DNA of 64,000 nucleotides. It comes from Eledone cirrhosa. Lineage: Eukaryota. Below the pieces are notes generated by a model, which saw only the letters and a list, made by a program, of their open reading frames with translations, was not told where the DNA came from and did not search any database. Position 1 is the first letter of the stretch, and each line of letters opens with the position of its first letter. Below, one piece after another: positions 25,780 through 40,159 of this stretch. The stretch covers positions 5,518,001 through 5,582,000 of the forward strand of contig OZ024765.1 of the NCBI GenBank assembly GCA_964016885.1, written 5' to 3'. The position numbers were made by a program, and so were the translations under genes.

Positions 25780-28200
25780 GTGTATATATATATATACACA
25801 TACATACACACACACACACACACATATACATAGATACGTAGATATATATTTATATATGTAGATATACACATATATACATATGTATATATATACACATTTA
25901 TACATATGTATACACTCACACACACATACACATATGTATATACAAACACGTATACATATGTATATATACACATTTATACATATGTACACACTCACATATA
26001 CATATGTATATACAAACACGTATACATATGTATATATACACATTTATACATTTGTATACTCTCACACATACATACACATGTATATATAGACATTTATATA
26101 TATGTATACACTCTCACACACATATACCTATGTATATATACACATTTATACATATGTATACACACACACACATACACATATGTATATATAGACATTTATA
26201 CATATGTATACACTCACACACACATATACATATGTATATACAAACACATATATACATATGTATATATAGACATTTATACATATGTATACACTCTCACACA
26301 CATATACATATGTATATACAAACACATATACCTATGTATATATACACATTTATACATATGTATACACACACACACATACACATATGTATTTATAGACATT
26401 TATACATATGTATACACTCACACACACACATACATATGTATATACAAACACATATATACATATGTATATATAGACATTTATACATATGTATACACTCTCA
26501 CACACACATATACATATGTATATACAAACACATATACCTATGTATATATACACATTTATACATATGTATATATACACACATTTATACATATGTAAATACA
26601 TACACACACACATATATATATGTATATATATACATATATATAAATCTGCATGCATATATATGTCCTTGTATGTGCATGGTTGTGATGTTGGAATGTGATG
26701 TGTGTATACATATGTATATCTGCATACATACATACATATATATATATATGTATATGTGTGTGTGTGTAAATGTATGTATATGTATATACTACATATATAT
26801 AAATGTGCATGCATATAATTGTCTTGTATGTGTATGATAGTGATGTGTGTGTGTGTGTGTGTGTGTGCATCTGTGTGTGCGTGTGTGTACTTATACATGT
26901 AGCCTGACAAAAATACCACCACTACCATAAGCAATACCACTACAACCACCACCACCACCATCACCACCACTACCAACAACACCACCACTACCACCATCAC
27001 CACCACCACCACCAACACACCACCACCACCACTACCAACAACACCACCACTACCACCATCACCACCACCACCAACACCACCACCACCACTACAACCAACA
27101 CCACCAGCACCACTACAACCAACACTGCCAATACATCACCACTACAACCATCACCATCACCACCACCACCACTACAACCAACACACCACCACTACCAACA
27201 CCACCATCATCACCACTACAACCATCACCATCACCACCACCACCACTACAACCAACACACCACCACCACCAACAGCACTACCATCATCACCACCACAAAC
27301 ATCACCACCACCACCACATCCACCACCACCACTACAACCAACACACCACCACCACTATCAACAACACCACCATCATCACCACCACAAACATCACCATCAC
27401 CACCGCACCATCACCAACACACCACCAACACCAACACCAACACACCACCCCACCACAACCATCACCACCACCACCAACACACCACCACCACCACCAACAC
27501 ACCACCACCACCACAACCATCACCACCACCACCACCAACACACCACCACCACCACCACAACCATCACCAACACCAGCACCAACACACGACCACTACCATC
27601 ATCATCACCATCACCACCACCAACACCAACACCAACACACCACCACAACACCAACACCAACACACCACCACCACCACAACCATCACCACCACCAACACAC
27701 CACCACCAACACGACCATCACCAACACCAGCACCAACACACGACCACTACCATCATCATCACCATCACCACCACCAACACCAACACCAACACACCACCAC
27801 ACCACCAACACCAACACACCACCACCACCACAACCATCACCACCACCAACACACCACCACCAACACGACCATCACCAACACCAGCACCAACACACGACCA
27901 CTACCATCATCATCACCATCACCACCACCAACACCAACACCAACACACCACCACACCACCAACACCATCACCAACACACCACCACCACCACAACCATCAC
28001 CACCACCAACACACCACCACCAACACGACCATCACCAACAACAACACCAACACACCACCACCACCACAACCATCACCACCACCAACACACCACCACCAAC
28101 ACGACCATCACCAACAACAACACCAACACACCACCACCACCACTACCATCATCATCACAGCACCTCCACTACAATCGACACTATGCCATACCACCACCAC
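25780..28200. repeat. (CA/TA) minisatellite followed by (CCA/CAA)-rich repeats
   Basis: Direct reading. Confidence 0.9.
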
Positions 28201-28449
28201 CGCCACCGTTAGCAAATAAGGGATCAGAAGTTGTGATGATGATGATGATCTAGTTGCCCCCCCCCCCCCCTCTCCATAACACTGTTGTATCGCCCCCCTC
28301 CCATTCACCTATGACACTATAAGGAGAGAATCAGGTGGGCGGGGCCTAACTAATATATTTTGCTCCGCCTCTCATCCCTAACTAAACTGCTGTGCCACCA
28401 TCTCTAGATAGACACACCATACAATACAGGAATCTCTCTCTCTCCCTGC

Positions 28450-29441
<992 letters not shown>

Positions 29442-29699
29442 TGGTGTAGAGCGATATAAATATATACACACAGGTAGGTACAAAACCATAGGTAGATACA
29501 GAGAGATATAACAAGCCCTATACACAGCTATCAGATAAAAGCAGAATTTGTCACCGAAACTAAATTGAATAGCAGAAATGGGGGGGGGGGGAATTTGGTG
29601 ACAGAGCACTGACAGCTTCTTTAAAGATTATTGATTATATATTGATCTTTTTTGTCACACTGTTGTTGATATTGTTGTTGGAGGCGTCGTCGGTGGTGA

Positions 29700-29779
29700 T
29701 GGCGGCTTTGTTGTTGTTGTTGTTGCTATTGTTGTTGATGGTTTTGTTGTTGCTGCTGTTGTTGTTGTTGTTGATGGTT

Positions 29780-29823
<44 letters not shown>

Positions 29824-32800
29824 GATGGTTTTGTTGTTGTTGATGGTTTTGTTGTTGTTGTTGTTGTTGATGGTTTTGTTGTTGTTGATAGTTTTGTTGT
29901 TGCTGTTGTTGTTATTGTTGATGGGTTTTGTTGTTGATGATGGTTTTGTTGTTGCTGTTGTTGTTGTTGTTGATGGTTTTGTTGTTGTTGATGGTTTTGT
30001 TGTTGCTGTTGTTGTTGTTGTTGATGGTTTTGTTGTTGTTGATGGTTTTGTTGTTGTTGTTGTTGTTGATGGTTTTGTTGTTGTTGATGGTTTTGTTGTT
30101 GCTGTTGTTGCTGTTGTTGATGGTTTTGTTGTTGTTGATGGTTTTGTTGTTGTTGATGGTTTTGTTGTTGCTGTTGTTGTTGTTGTTGATGGTTTTGTTG
30201 TTGTTGATGGTTTTGTTGTTGCTGTTGTTGTTGTTGTTGATGGTTTTGTTGTTGCTGTTGTTGTTGTTGATGGTTTTGTTGTTGCTGTTGTTGTTATTGT
30301 TGATGGTTTTGTTGTTGTTGTTGTTGTTGTTGATGGTTTTGTTGTTGCTGTTGTTGTTATTGTTGATGGTTTTGTTGTTGTTGTTGTTGTTGTTGATGGT
30401 TTTGTTGTTGATGTTGTTGTTATTGTTGATGGTTTTGTTGTTGTTGTTGTTGTTGTTGTTGATGGGTTTTGTTGTTGTTGTTGATGGTTTTGTTGTTGCT
30501 GTTGTTGTTGTTGTTGATGGTTTTGTTGTTGTTGATGGTTTTGTTGTTGTTGTTGTTGTTGTTGATGGTTTTGTTGTTGCTGTTGTTGTTATTGTTGATG
30601 GTTTTGTTGTTGTTGTTGTTGTTGTTGATGGTTTTGTTGTTGCTGTTGTTGTTGTTGTTGATGGGTTTTGTTGTTGTTGTTGATGGTTTTGTTGTTGCTG
30701 TTGTTGTTGTTGTTGATGGTTTTGTTGTTGCTGTTGTTGTTGTTGTTGATGGGTTTTGTTGTTGTTGTTGATGGTTTTGTTGTTGCTGTTGTTGTTGTTG
30801 TTGATGGTTTTGTTGTTGTTGTTGTTGTTGTTGATGGTTTTGTTGTTGCTGTTGTTGTTATTGTTGATGGTTTTGTTGTTGTTGTTGTTGTTGTTGATGG
30901 TTTTGTTGTTGCTGTTGTTGTTATTGTTGATGGTTTTGTTGTTGTTGTTGTTGTTGTTGATGGTTTTGTTGTTGATGTTGTTGTTATTGTTGATGGTTTT
31001 GTTGTTGTTGTTGTTGTTGTTGATGGTTTTGTTGTTGCTGTTGTTGTTGTTGTTGATGGGTTTTGTTGTTGTTGTTGATGGTTTTGTTGTTGCTGTTGTT
31101 GTTGTTGTTGATGGTTTTGTTGTTGTTGATGGTTTTGTTGTTGCTGTTGTTGTTGTTGTTGATGGGTTTTGTTGTTGTTGATGGTTTTGTTGTTGCTGTT
31201 GTTGTTATTGTTGATGGGTTTTGTTGTTGTTGATGGTTTTGTTGTTGCTGTTGTTGTTATTGTTGATGGTTTTGTTGTTGTTGTTGTTGTTGTTGATGGT
31301 TTTGTTGTTGATGGTTTTGTTGTTGCTGTTGTTGTTGTTGTTGATGGTTTTGTTGTTGCTGTTGTTGTTGTTGTTGATGGTTTTGTTGTTGTTGATGGTT
31401 TTGTTGTTGCTGTTGTTGTTATTGTTGATGGTTTTGTTGTTGTTGTTGTTGTTGTTGATGGTTTTGTTGTTGCTGTTGTTGTTGTTGTTGATGGGTTTTG
31501 TTGTTGTTGTTGATGGTTTTGTTGTTGCTGTTGTTGTTGTTGTTGATGGTTTTGTTGTTGTTGTTGTTGTTGTTGATGGTTTTGTTGTTGCTGTTGTTGT
31601 TATTGTTGATGGTTTTGTTGTTGTTGTTGTTGTTGTTGATGGTTTTGTTGTTGCTGTTGTTGTTATTGTTGATGGTTTTGTTGTTGTTGTTGTTGTTGTT
31701 GATGGTTTTGTTGTTGATGTTGTTGTTATTGTTGATGGTTTTGTTGTTGTTGTTGTTGTTGTTGATGGTTTTGTTGTTGCTGTTGTTGTTGTTGTTGATG
31801 GGTTTTGTTGTTGTTGTTGATGGTTTTGTTGTTGCTGTTGTTGTTGTTGTTGATGGTTTTGTTGTTGTTGATGGTTTTGTTGTTGCTGTTGTTGTTGTTG
31901 TTGATGGGTTTTGTTGTTGTTGATGGTTTTGTTGTTGCTGTTGTTGTTATTGTTGATGGGTTTTGTTGTTGTTGATGGTTTTGTTGTTGCTGTTGTTGTT
32001 ATTGTTGATGGTTTTGTTGTTGTTGTTGTTGTTGTTGATGGTTTTGTTGTTGATGGTTTTGTTGTTGCTGTTGTTGTTGTTGTTGATGGTTTTGTTGTTG
32101 CTGTTGTTGTTGTTGTTGATGGTTTTGTTGTTGTTGATGGTTTTGTTGTTGCTGTTGTTGTTATTGTTGATGGGTTTTGTTGTTGTTGATGGTTTTGTTG
32201 TTGCTGTTGTTGTTATTGTTGATGGTTTTGTTGTTGCTGTTGTTGTTATTGTTGATGGGTTTTGTTGTTGTTGATGGTTTTGTTGTTGCTGTTGTTGTTG
32301 TTGTTGATGGGTTTTGTTGTTGTTGATGGTTTTGTTGTTGCTGTTGTTGTTATTGTTGATGGGTTTTGTTGTTGTTGATGGTTTTGTTGTTGCTGTTGTT
32401 GTTATTGTTGATGGTTTTGTTGTTGTTGGTGGTTTTGTTGTTGCTGTTGTTGCTGTTGTTGATGGTTTTGTTGTTGTTGATGGTTTTGTTGTTGCTGTTG
32501 TTGCTGTTGTTGATGGTTTTGTTATTGTTGATGGTTTTGTTGTTGCTGTTGTTGTTATTGTTGATGGTTTTGTTGTTGTTGGTGGTTTTGTTGTTGCTGT
32601 TGTTGCTGTTGTTGTTGTTGTTATTGTTGTTGTTGATGGTTTTGTTGTTGTTGATGGTTTTGTTGTTGCTGTTGTTGCTGTTGTTGATGGTTTTGTTGTT
32701 GTTGATGGTTTTGTTGTTGCTGTTGTTGCTGTTGTTGATGGTTTTGTTGTTGTTGATGGTTTTGTTGTTGCTGTTGTTGCTGTTGTTGATGGTTTTGTTA

Positions 32801-32857
32801 TTGTTGCTGTTGTTGATGGTTTTGTTGTTGTTGTTGGTTTTGTTGTTGTTGTTGTTG
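29700..32857. repeat. 3.1-kb (GTT)n-GATGGTTTT satellite with higher-order repeats
   Basis: Direct reading; the ORF track shows blocks repeated at ~742 bp offset (30756/31498, 31169/31911, 31221/31963). Confidence 0.97.
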
Positions 32858-33024
32858 AAAGACATTTCAGTTTTCCTCATGATTTCACCACAGAATGGAA
32901 TTGTATTACTCCAGTAGGAGTCTATTCCATACACAACTCACCCGCTCTGTCCGATGTCATGGTATTGAGTACTTTACACTAACTATATATATATATATAT
33001 CCTCCCATTCTTTAATGGAATACC

Positions 33025-33106
<82 letters not shown>

Positions 33107-33293
33107 ACGCAGGAAGTGTGGTAAGGAACCAGGTGGACCATAACGCACCAGAGTACTCAATACTTAGGGTAGTAGAGTGGGTAATAGGAACGAGTAGGAC
33201 CCCGACGGCAGAGCTCAAGCCATTTCGACAGCTACTTCTGGACTGAAATAGCTGTCGAAGCAGCTTGAGCTCTGCCGTCGGTCTCATACATTT

Positions 33294-33345
<52 letters not shown>

Positions 33346-33363
33346 GTATATTATTTTTTTCAA

Positions 33364-33417
<54 letters not shown>

Positions 33418-33607
33418 GTGTATATCATCATCATCATCATTTTACGTCCACTTTTCCCTCACTTTTCCCTGCTTGCAAGGGTGGGATGGGTTCTTATTCA
33501 GCACAGCATCTCTCCACTTGTCACGGTCCTTCATCATCTCCTCCGTGAGCTTCAGTGATCTGGGGTCTGCTGTCACCACCTCCACCCACGTTTTAGGTGG
33601 TCTACCT

Positions 33608-34072
33608 CGACGCAGGACCAAAGGGCAAAGGAGCTCTTAAGAGTCAATGGCCATCCAAAATCACCAGGAGAGATGACCCCTTAGCCTTTGTCAAGGCAGA
33701 ATTCTAGGAGAAGGAAAACTCTGATATAACACCTGCAACCCTGATGGTATCCAATGATGTTGACTTGTTCTACTTTTTGGTAAATATCATCTTGGTTAAG
33801 AGAGTGGGACTGGCTCTGTGCAATGCCTTTGCTCACTATAAAAGCTTCATGGCACAGGCATTGCTTTATATCTGGAGATCTCTCTGCACTTGTCACATGG
33901 TACCATGGGCCCAGCACTATGTGTCAATAATTGTCACAAGTGTAGTGTTTGTACCAGAGTTTTCAAATCGCTGGCTGGACTCAAAAGTCACACTCGTTCA
34001 GCGCATCGGTAGGGGTTCTCCTACATGGATATAAAGTAGTGGCCGTACTCGAAAACGAGTTGGCAGCCACCA
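33608..34072 (+). mobile_element. Bipartite non-autonomous RTE derivative (5' UTR-like + 3' terminal hairpin)
   Basis: 33675-33865 resembles the LINE 5' UTR 35350-35560; its end 'tggccgtactcgaaaacgagttggcagccacc' resembles the LINE end 39683-39714; inverted copy at 60659-61070. Confidence 0.75.
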
Positions 34073-34756
34073 TATATGTATATATATATGTATATATGTA
34101 TATATATACATATATATATACATGTATGTATGTATATATATATGTATATATATATATATGTATATATATATATGTATATATATATGTATATATATATATG
34201 TATGTATGTATATATATATATATGTATATGTATTTTTTCTTTTTTTTTTCTTTTCCCTTCCTTTTTTTTTTTTTTTTTTTTTATGTTTTGATGCCGCTGT
34301 TGTTGTTGTTGTTGTAATTGTTGTAAATGTTCATTTCAGTTCATTCTGAAGCTGTTGTTGCTGTAAACATTAGTGCCGGTGTTGTTGTTGTTGTAGATGT
34401 TGGGGTTGAAATCTGGTTGTTTGACTGAGTGATGTATATACACACATATACATACACACACATATATATATATACATTCATCAGAGAGTAGAGAGTTTGA
34501 CAACAGGTCGATGACTTTAGTCTCGATAGGGTATGGTATGGTAATGACATGTGATGGTGGGGAGAGAGTGTAGACGTTATTGTGGTGGTGTGGACAGTGA
34601 GATGTATCTAGTTCATTTGACCGTTTTCTTCTCTTAGCAAAATTTGAATTCTAGCCAAGAAAAATTGAATTCTAAAAAAGAAAAAAGAAAAAGGGAAGGG
34701 GAAAAAAAAAAAGGAGGAAAAAAAAAGAAAGGAAAAAAAAAAAAACTCAAAATAAC

Positions 34757-34819
<63 letters not shown>

Positions 34820-35285
34820 CAGAACAACAACATCAACTGCCACCACCACCACCACCGCCACCGCCGTCGCCATCACCATCACCAGCGACCTTAAGAACAA
34901 CTTTAATAATAATTTTTCTGCTTTTGGCACGGATCCAGCGACTGGCCAGCGCATCACTGGTACTCTCTTTTGTTGACTCCGTGGAGAGCCATAACTCTAT
35001 GCTGTAAAGCAATTATAGTAATACTGGACTGTAATACGATCGGCTTCAACTATACAAACTCTTGAAAGTCAACAGTTGACATAATCTGGTAATCTTGTAT
35101 CAGTAATGACGGTAATATATATATATATATATGTGTGTGTGTGCGTGTAAGTGAGTAGAGTAGCGTGTGTGTGTGTTTGTTGTGTGTGTGAGTGTTGCTG
35201 TGTGCACGCATATGTATGCGTGTGTGTGTATGTCGTACGTATAAGTGTCAATAAGTAATTTTTTTTTTTTTTTTTTTTTTTTTTT

Positions 35286-35588
35286 GCGCGGGGACATAGA
35301 AATAATCGGGCTGGATGCCCGATCGCGCAGTTAAACCACTGGGAGTGAAGAACCCCTAGCCCATGTCAGGGTATTCTTCTAGGAGAAGGCATCTCAGGAA
35401 ACTGGGTTAACTCCGATATAAAACCTGCGGCTCAGTAGTTACCGATGATGTTGATCTTTTCTTCTTTTCGGGTTATAGCTACTGTCGCTCAGAGAGTGGG
35501 ATTGGTTCAGTGCACAGTCTTTCCTCACTTTAAAAATATTCGTCACGCACAGGCATTGCACGAGTGCATTAATAATTATTAATAGTGT

Positions 35589-35629
<41 letters not shown>

Positions 35630-35634
35630 TATTA

Positions 35635-35666
<32 letters not shown>

Positions 35667-38600
35667 CCAATTCAATGATGTTCCAGAACAATGTAAACGA
35701 GATAATTGCCAATTTGGGTTCTGGAACAAAAAGGATCATTGGCAATAAGGGCAGGGGCCCCAAGTTATCACAACCTGGGCCCGCCCGTCATCGTGCCATT
35801 GTAATAGAGCCAAACAGGGCATTTAGTCTTGGCTGCTGGAACGTACGGACGCTGCTTGACAGGGATTCTTTGGAGCGTCCTGAACGAAGGACCGCTCTTG
35901 TTGCGAAGGAGCTTCGACGTTACGATCTTGACATCGTGGCTTTGTCTGAGACGAGGTTAGCTGGAGATGGTCATCTTACGGAATTTTGTGGAGAATATAC
36001 ATTCTTCTGGAAAGGAAGAGATGAAGGAACCAGAAGAGAGGCTGGGGTAGGATTTGCTGTTAAGACTGTACTGGTGAATAAATTAGAAGAATTCCCAGTG
36101 GGGATTAGTGAGCGTCTTATGTCCATGAGAGTTCCGCTGGACAAGGGAAGATATGCTACCCTGGTGAGTGTGTATGCTCCAACTATGAATTCTGTCGATG
36201 AAGAAAAACTGTCCTTTTACCATGCCTTGAAAGGTGTTTTAAGAAATATCCCTCAGGCAGACAAAGTCATCGTGCTTGGTGACTTTAATGCTAGAGTGGG
36301 TAGGGATTTTAACACATGGAATGTAATCGGAAGGCATGGGGTGGGAAAGTGTAACAGCAATGGTATGCTCTTGCTGCAGATGTGTGAGGAGCTGGATCTG
36401 TGTGTTACCAACACCATGTTCCAACAAAAGAACAAATTCAAGACCACATGGATGCATCCTGCATCTAAGGAATGGCATCTTTTGGACTACGTCCTAGTCA
36501 GGATGCGTGACAGACAGGATGTGCAGTGTGTTCGTGTTCTTCGTGGAGCTGAGTGCTGGACGGACCACCGCCTGGTACGCGCAAAAGTGAATCTAATCAC
36601 CAAACGTAAAATCCGGGCTCCTGGTGTTACCCTGCCCAAAAGATTGAATGCTGCTCGTCTTAAGGATAAAAATGTGAAGAGGACATTGGAAGAAGAGATG
36701 CAGGCTGCAGATCTTGGTGAGGATTGGCCGACCCTTAAAAAGTCGGTTTATGATGTAGGCAGACGTGTTCTGGGATTGGTGCAGAGAAAACATCAGGACT
36801 GGTTTAATGAGAAAGATGTGCATATAGATGACTTGTTGGCTGATAAGAGGCGCGCTCTGTCACGCTACTTGACGGCAAAACCACAGGAGAGGAATACGTT
36901 GCATGAGGAGCTCAGGGATGTAAAATCACGTGTTAGGCGGAGTCTTTCTCAGATGAAGGATCAGTGGTGGAGTGAGAAGGCTGGTGAGATACAAACTGCG
37001 TCTGATTGCAATAACACAAAGCTGTTGTACAGTCTCTTGCGTGAGGTTTATGGACCGTCTTCTTCTCTGGTGACACCGATTCGCAGCAGGGATGGCAAAG
37101 AACTTCTTCGTGACTCACAGGGAATTCTACGAAGGTGGCGAGAGCACTTTGATGATCTTTTGAATCAGCCGTCTGTCGTCAGTGAAGATTTCCTCAATCT
37201 CATTCCGGAAAGTCCTGTGAAAGTAGCTCTCGCAGAACCTCCGACACTTGTGGAGGTTGCAGTGGCTATTTCGAAGCTGAACAGTGGAAGATCTCCAGGT
37301 ATGGATGGCATACATGCTGAGCTCCTACAATATGGTGGTGAGAGACTCCTGCAACATCTTCACTCTCTGTTTGGAAGGATATGGGCTAATGAATCCGTGC
37401 CTGAGGACTGGAGAGATGCAGTAATGGTGGTCTTGTACAAGGGAAAGGGTAACAGGAATGATTGTGGGAACTACAGAGGTATATCATTGCTTTCTGTCGT
37501 GGGGAAAGTTTTATGTAGGGTGCTTCTGGACCGTCTGCTGACACACATTGCAGATTGTGTCCTTCCTGAAAGTCAATCTGGTTTTCGTGTTGGACGCGGC
37601 ACTACTGATATGATCTTCTCAGCTAGACAGCTCCAGGAGAAGTGCATTGAACAGGGCTTGGATCTGTATCAGGTTTTTGTCGATCTGACAAAGGCTTTCG
37701 ATACTGTCAACAGAGATGCATTATGGAAGGTTCTCCAGAAACTTGGTTGCCCTGATAAGTTCCTTGCTTTAGTTAGGTCTTTCCATGACGACATGAAGGC
37801 TTGGGTTAATGTCGGAGGTAACATGTCGGAGCCTATCTCAGTAAAAAATGGAGTGAAACAGGGGGATATTCCAGCACCGACCCTGTTTGCCATATACTTT
37901 GCAATGGTTTTCTGTATTGCATTCAGGAATTGCGAGCATGGTGTTTACATCCGATATCGAACCTCAGGCAGCATATTTAACATCAGGCGCTTTGCTGCGA
38001 AGACAAAAGTATTTACATCAGTCATAAGAGACCTCTTGTATGCAGATGATTGCGATCTTGTAGCGCACACAGAGAGTGATATGCAGCACATTTTGAATGT
38101 ATTTTCTGACGCTTGCACTGCCCTGGGTTTGACTGTCAGTCTCAAGAAAACCGTCGTCATGTACCAACCTGCACCTGGTAGGCAGTACACTGAACCAAAC
38201 ATCTATGTGTATGGCAAACGACTTGGAGTGGTTGATCAGTTTGTCTACCTGGGAAGCACTGTCAATCGATACGGCAACCTTGACAGTGAAATCTCACTTA
38301 GGATTAGGAAAGCAAGTGATGCTTTCGGAAAGCTAGAAAGGCGACTCTGGGGTCGGCGAGACATATGCAGGAGGACAAAGGTAAGGGTGTACAGGGCATG
38401 TGTACTCTCTTGTCTTCTTTATGCCTGCGAGACCTGGGTCACATATCGACGCCACCTTAAGCAATTGGAGCGTTTCCATCAGATGTGTCTCAGACGGATA
38501 CATGGCGTTCACTGGAGGGACCACATCAGTGATGTCGAGATTTTGGAAAGCTCTATGTGTGACAGTATAGAAGCTCTTGTGCTTAAGCAGCGACTCCGTT

Positions 38601-39228
38601 GGAGTGGTCACCTTGCCAGGATGAAGGATTCTAGAATACCAAAACAACTCTTCTATGGAGAGTTGGTTAAAGGAAAACGACCGCCACATAAACCAAAAAA
38701 GAGGTATAAGGATTCCTTGAAGGCCTCTCTGAAAGACGCTAACATCTCTGCTGATACATGGGAAAATATTGCTGCTGATCGTAGTAAATGGAGAAAGACT
38801 GTATATGAGGGAAAAGTTGCCTTTGAGGCATCTCGAATCGCACACGAGAAAGTAAGGCGGGACGTGAGGAAGGGTATTGCTGTTGCACTTCCAGACGGCG
38901 AGGGTCCTCCTATGTTTCTGACATGCAGCGTCTGTGCGAGACTCTGCCTAAGCAAAGCTGGACTCGAAAGTCATCTTCGCAGTCATAAAGTAAGACCAGT
39001 GGTTGACTACCAGGCTGCTGTTGGAGATGCTACTCATCATGCTTGCCAAACATGTGGTAGAGAATGTAAATCAGCAGGAGGACTCAAGCGACATGCAAAA
39101 GTACACGAACTCCAACCACAGCCGACTATTCCCAGTAAATGTTTTGGTTGCCGACTCTGTGCAAGACATTTTAGATCATTCGCTGGGCTAAAAAGCCACA
39201 TTCGATCGCAGCACTGTTAGGTGCTATC

Positions 39229-39272
<44 letters not shown>

Positions 39273-39351
39273 GCTTATGTGCGTGCGTGTGTGTGTATAT
39301 ATATATGAATATGTATATTATTATTGTTGTTGTCGTTATTATTATTATTGC

Positions 39352-39409
<58 letters not shown>

Positions 39410-39531
39410 GTTATTAATGTATGTGTGTATATATGTGTGAGTGTATGTGTATGTATGTGTGTGTGTATATATGTATGTATGTGTATGTATGTGTGTGTGT
39501 ATATATATGTGTATATATATATATGTGTATA

Positions 39532-39564
<33 letters not shown>

Positions 39565-39569
39565 CTTTT

Positions 39570-39652
<83 letters not shown>

Positions 39653-39716
39653 TTTTTTTTTTTTTTTTTTTTTATTGTGCAATGGCCATACTCGATAACG
39701 AGGGGGCAGCCATCAT
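35286..39716 (+). mobile_element. Full-length RTE-clade non-LTR retrotransposon (5' UTR, single ORF, 3' terminal hairpin)
   Basis: Uninterrupted ORF plus UTRs that match the non-autonomous partner elements; boundaries approximate, no TSD resolved. Confidence 0.85.
35675..39220 (+). CDS. RTE LINE ORF: APE endonuclease + reverse transcriptase + 3 C2H2 zinc fingers (1181 aa)
   Basis: GCWNVRTL, ALSETR, VYAPT, LGDFNAR, LDYV, TDHRLV (APE); NYRGISLL, QSGFR, FVDLTKAFD, GVKQG, LYADD, FVYLGS (RT); RLRWSGH; three Cx2C...H fingers. Confidence 0.96.
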   Translation: MMFQNNVNEIIANLGSGTKRIIGNKGRGPKLSQPGPARHRAIVIEPNRAFSLGCWNVRTLLDRDSLERPERRTALVAKELRRYDLDIVALSETRLAGDGHLTEFCGEYTFFWKGRDEGTRREAGVGFAVKTVLVNKLEEFPVGISERLMSMRVPLDKGRYATLVSVYAPTMNSVDEEKLSFYHALKGVLRNIPQADKVIVLGDFNARVGRDFNTWNVIGRHGVGKCNSNGMLLLQMCEELDLCVTNTMFQQKNKFKTTWMHPASKEWHLLDYVLVRMRDRQDVQCVRVLRGAECWTDHRLVRAKVNLITKRKIRAPGVTLPKRLNAARLKDKNVKRTLEEEMQAADLGEDWPTLKKSVYDVGRRVLGLVQRKHQDWFNEKDVHIDDLLADKRRALSRYLTAKPQERNTLHEELRDVKSRVRRSLSQMKDQWWSEKAGEIQTASDCNNTKLLYSLLREVYGPSSSLVTPIRSRDGKELLRDSQGILRRWREHFDDLLNQPSVVSEDFLNLIPESPVKVALAEPPTLVEVAVAISKLNSGRSPGMDGIHAELLQYGGERLLQHLHSLFGRIWANESVPEDWRDAVMVVLYKGKGNRNDCGNYRGISLLSVVGKVLCRVLLDRLLTHIADCVLPESQSGFRVGRGTTDMIFSARQLQEKCIEQGLDLYQVFVDLTKAFDTVNRDALWKVLQKLGCPDKFLALVRSFHDDMKAWVNVGGNMSEPISVKNGVKQGDIPAPTLFAIYFAMVFCIAFRNCEHGVYIRYRTSGSIFNIRRFAAKTKVFTSVIRDLLYADDCDLVAHTESDMQHILNVFSDACTALGLTVSLKKTVVMYQPAPGRQYTEPNIYVYGKRLGVVDQFVYLGSTVNRYGNLDSEISLRIRKASDAFGKLERRLWGRRDICRRTKVRVYRACVLSCLLYACETWVTYRRHLKQLERFHQMCLRRIHGVHWRDHISDVEILESSMCDSIEALVLKQRLRWSGHLARMKDSRIPKQLFYGELVKGKRPPHKPKKRYKDSLKASLKDANISADTWENIAADRSKWRKTVYEGKVAFEASRIAHEKVRRDVRKGIAVALPDGEGPPMFLTCSVCARLCLSKAGLESHLRSHKVRPVVDYQAAVGDATHHACQTCGRECKSAGGLKRHAKVHELQPQPTIPSKCFGCRLCARHFRSFAGLKSHIRSQHC

Positions 39717-39831
39717 GTATATGTATATATATATATATGTATGTATATATATATGTATATATATATATGTATATATATATATGTATATATATATATGTAT
39801 ATATATATATGTATATATATATATGTATGTG

Positions 39832-39917
<86 letters not shown>

Positions 39918-39989
39918 CATACATATATATATACATATATATATATACATATATATATACATATATATACATATATATGTACATATATT

Positions 39990-40030
<41 letters not shown>

Positions 40031-40069
40031 GTATGTATATATATATATATGTATATGTATATATATATG

Positions 40070-40124
<55 letters not shown>

Positions 40125-40159
40125 GTGTGTGTATGAATATATATATATATAAAGAGAGA

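Noticed and set aside
34335-34650. Stop-free minus-strand frame (AKRRKRSNELDTSHCPHHHNN...) that could be an exon
   Set aside because: No recognisable homology, runs through a (TA/TG) microsatellite, and splice sites are not convincing
36239-38955. Minus-strand ORFs overlapping the LINE
   Set aside because: Antisense shadows of the RTE ORF, with no independent motifs
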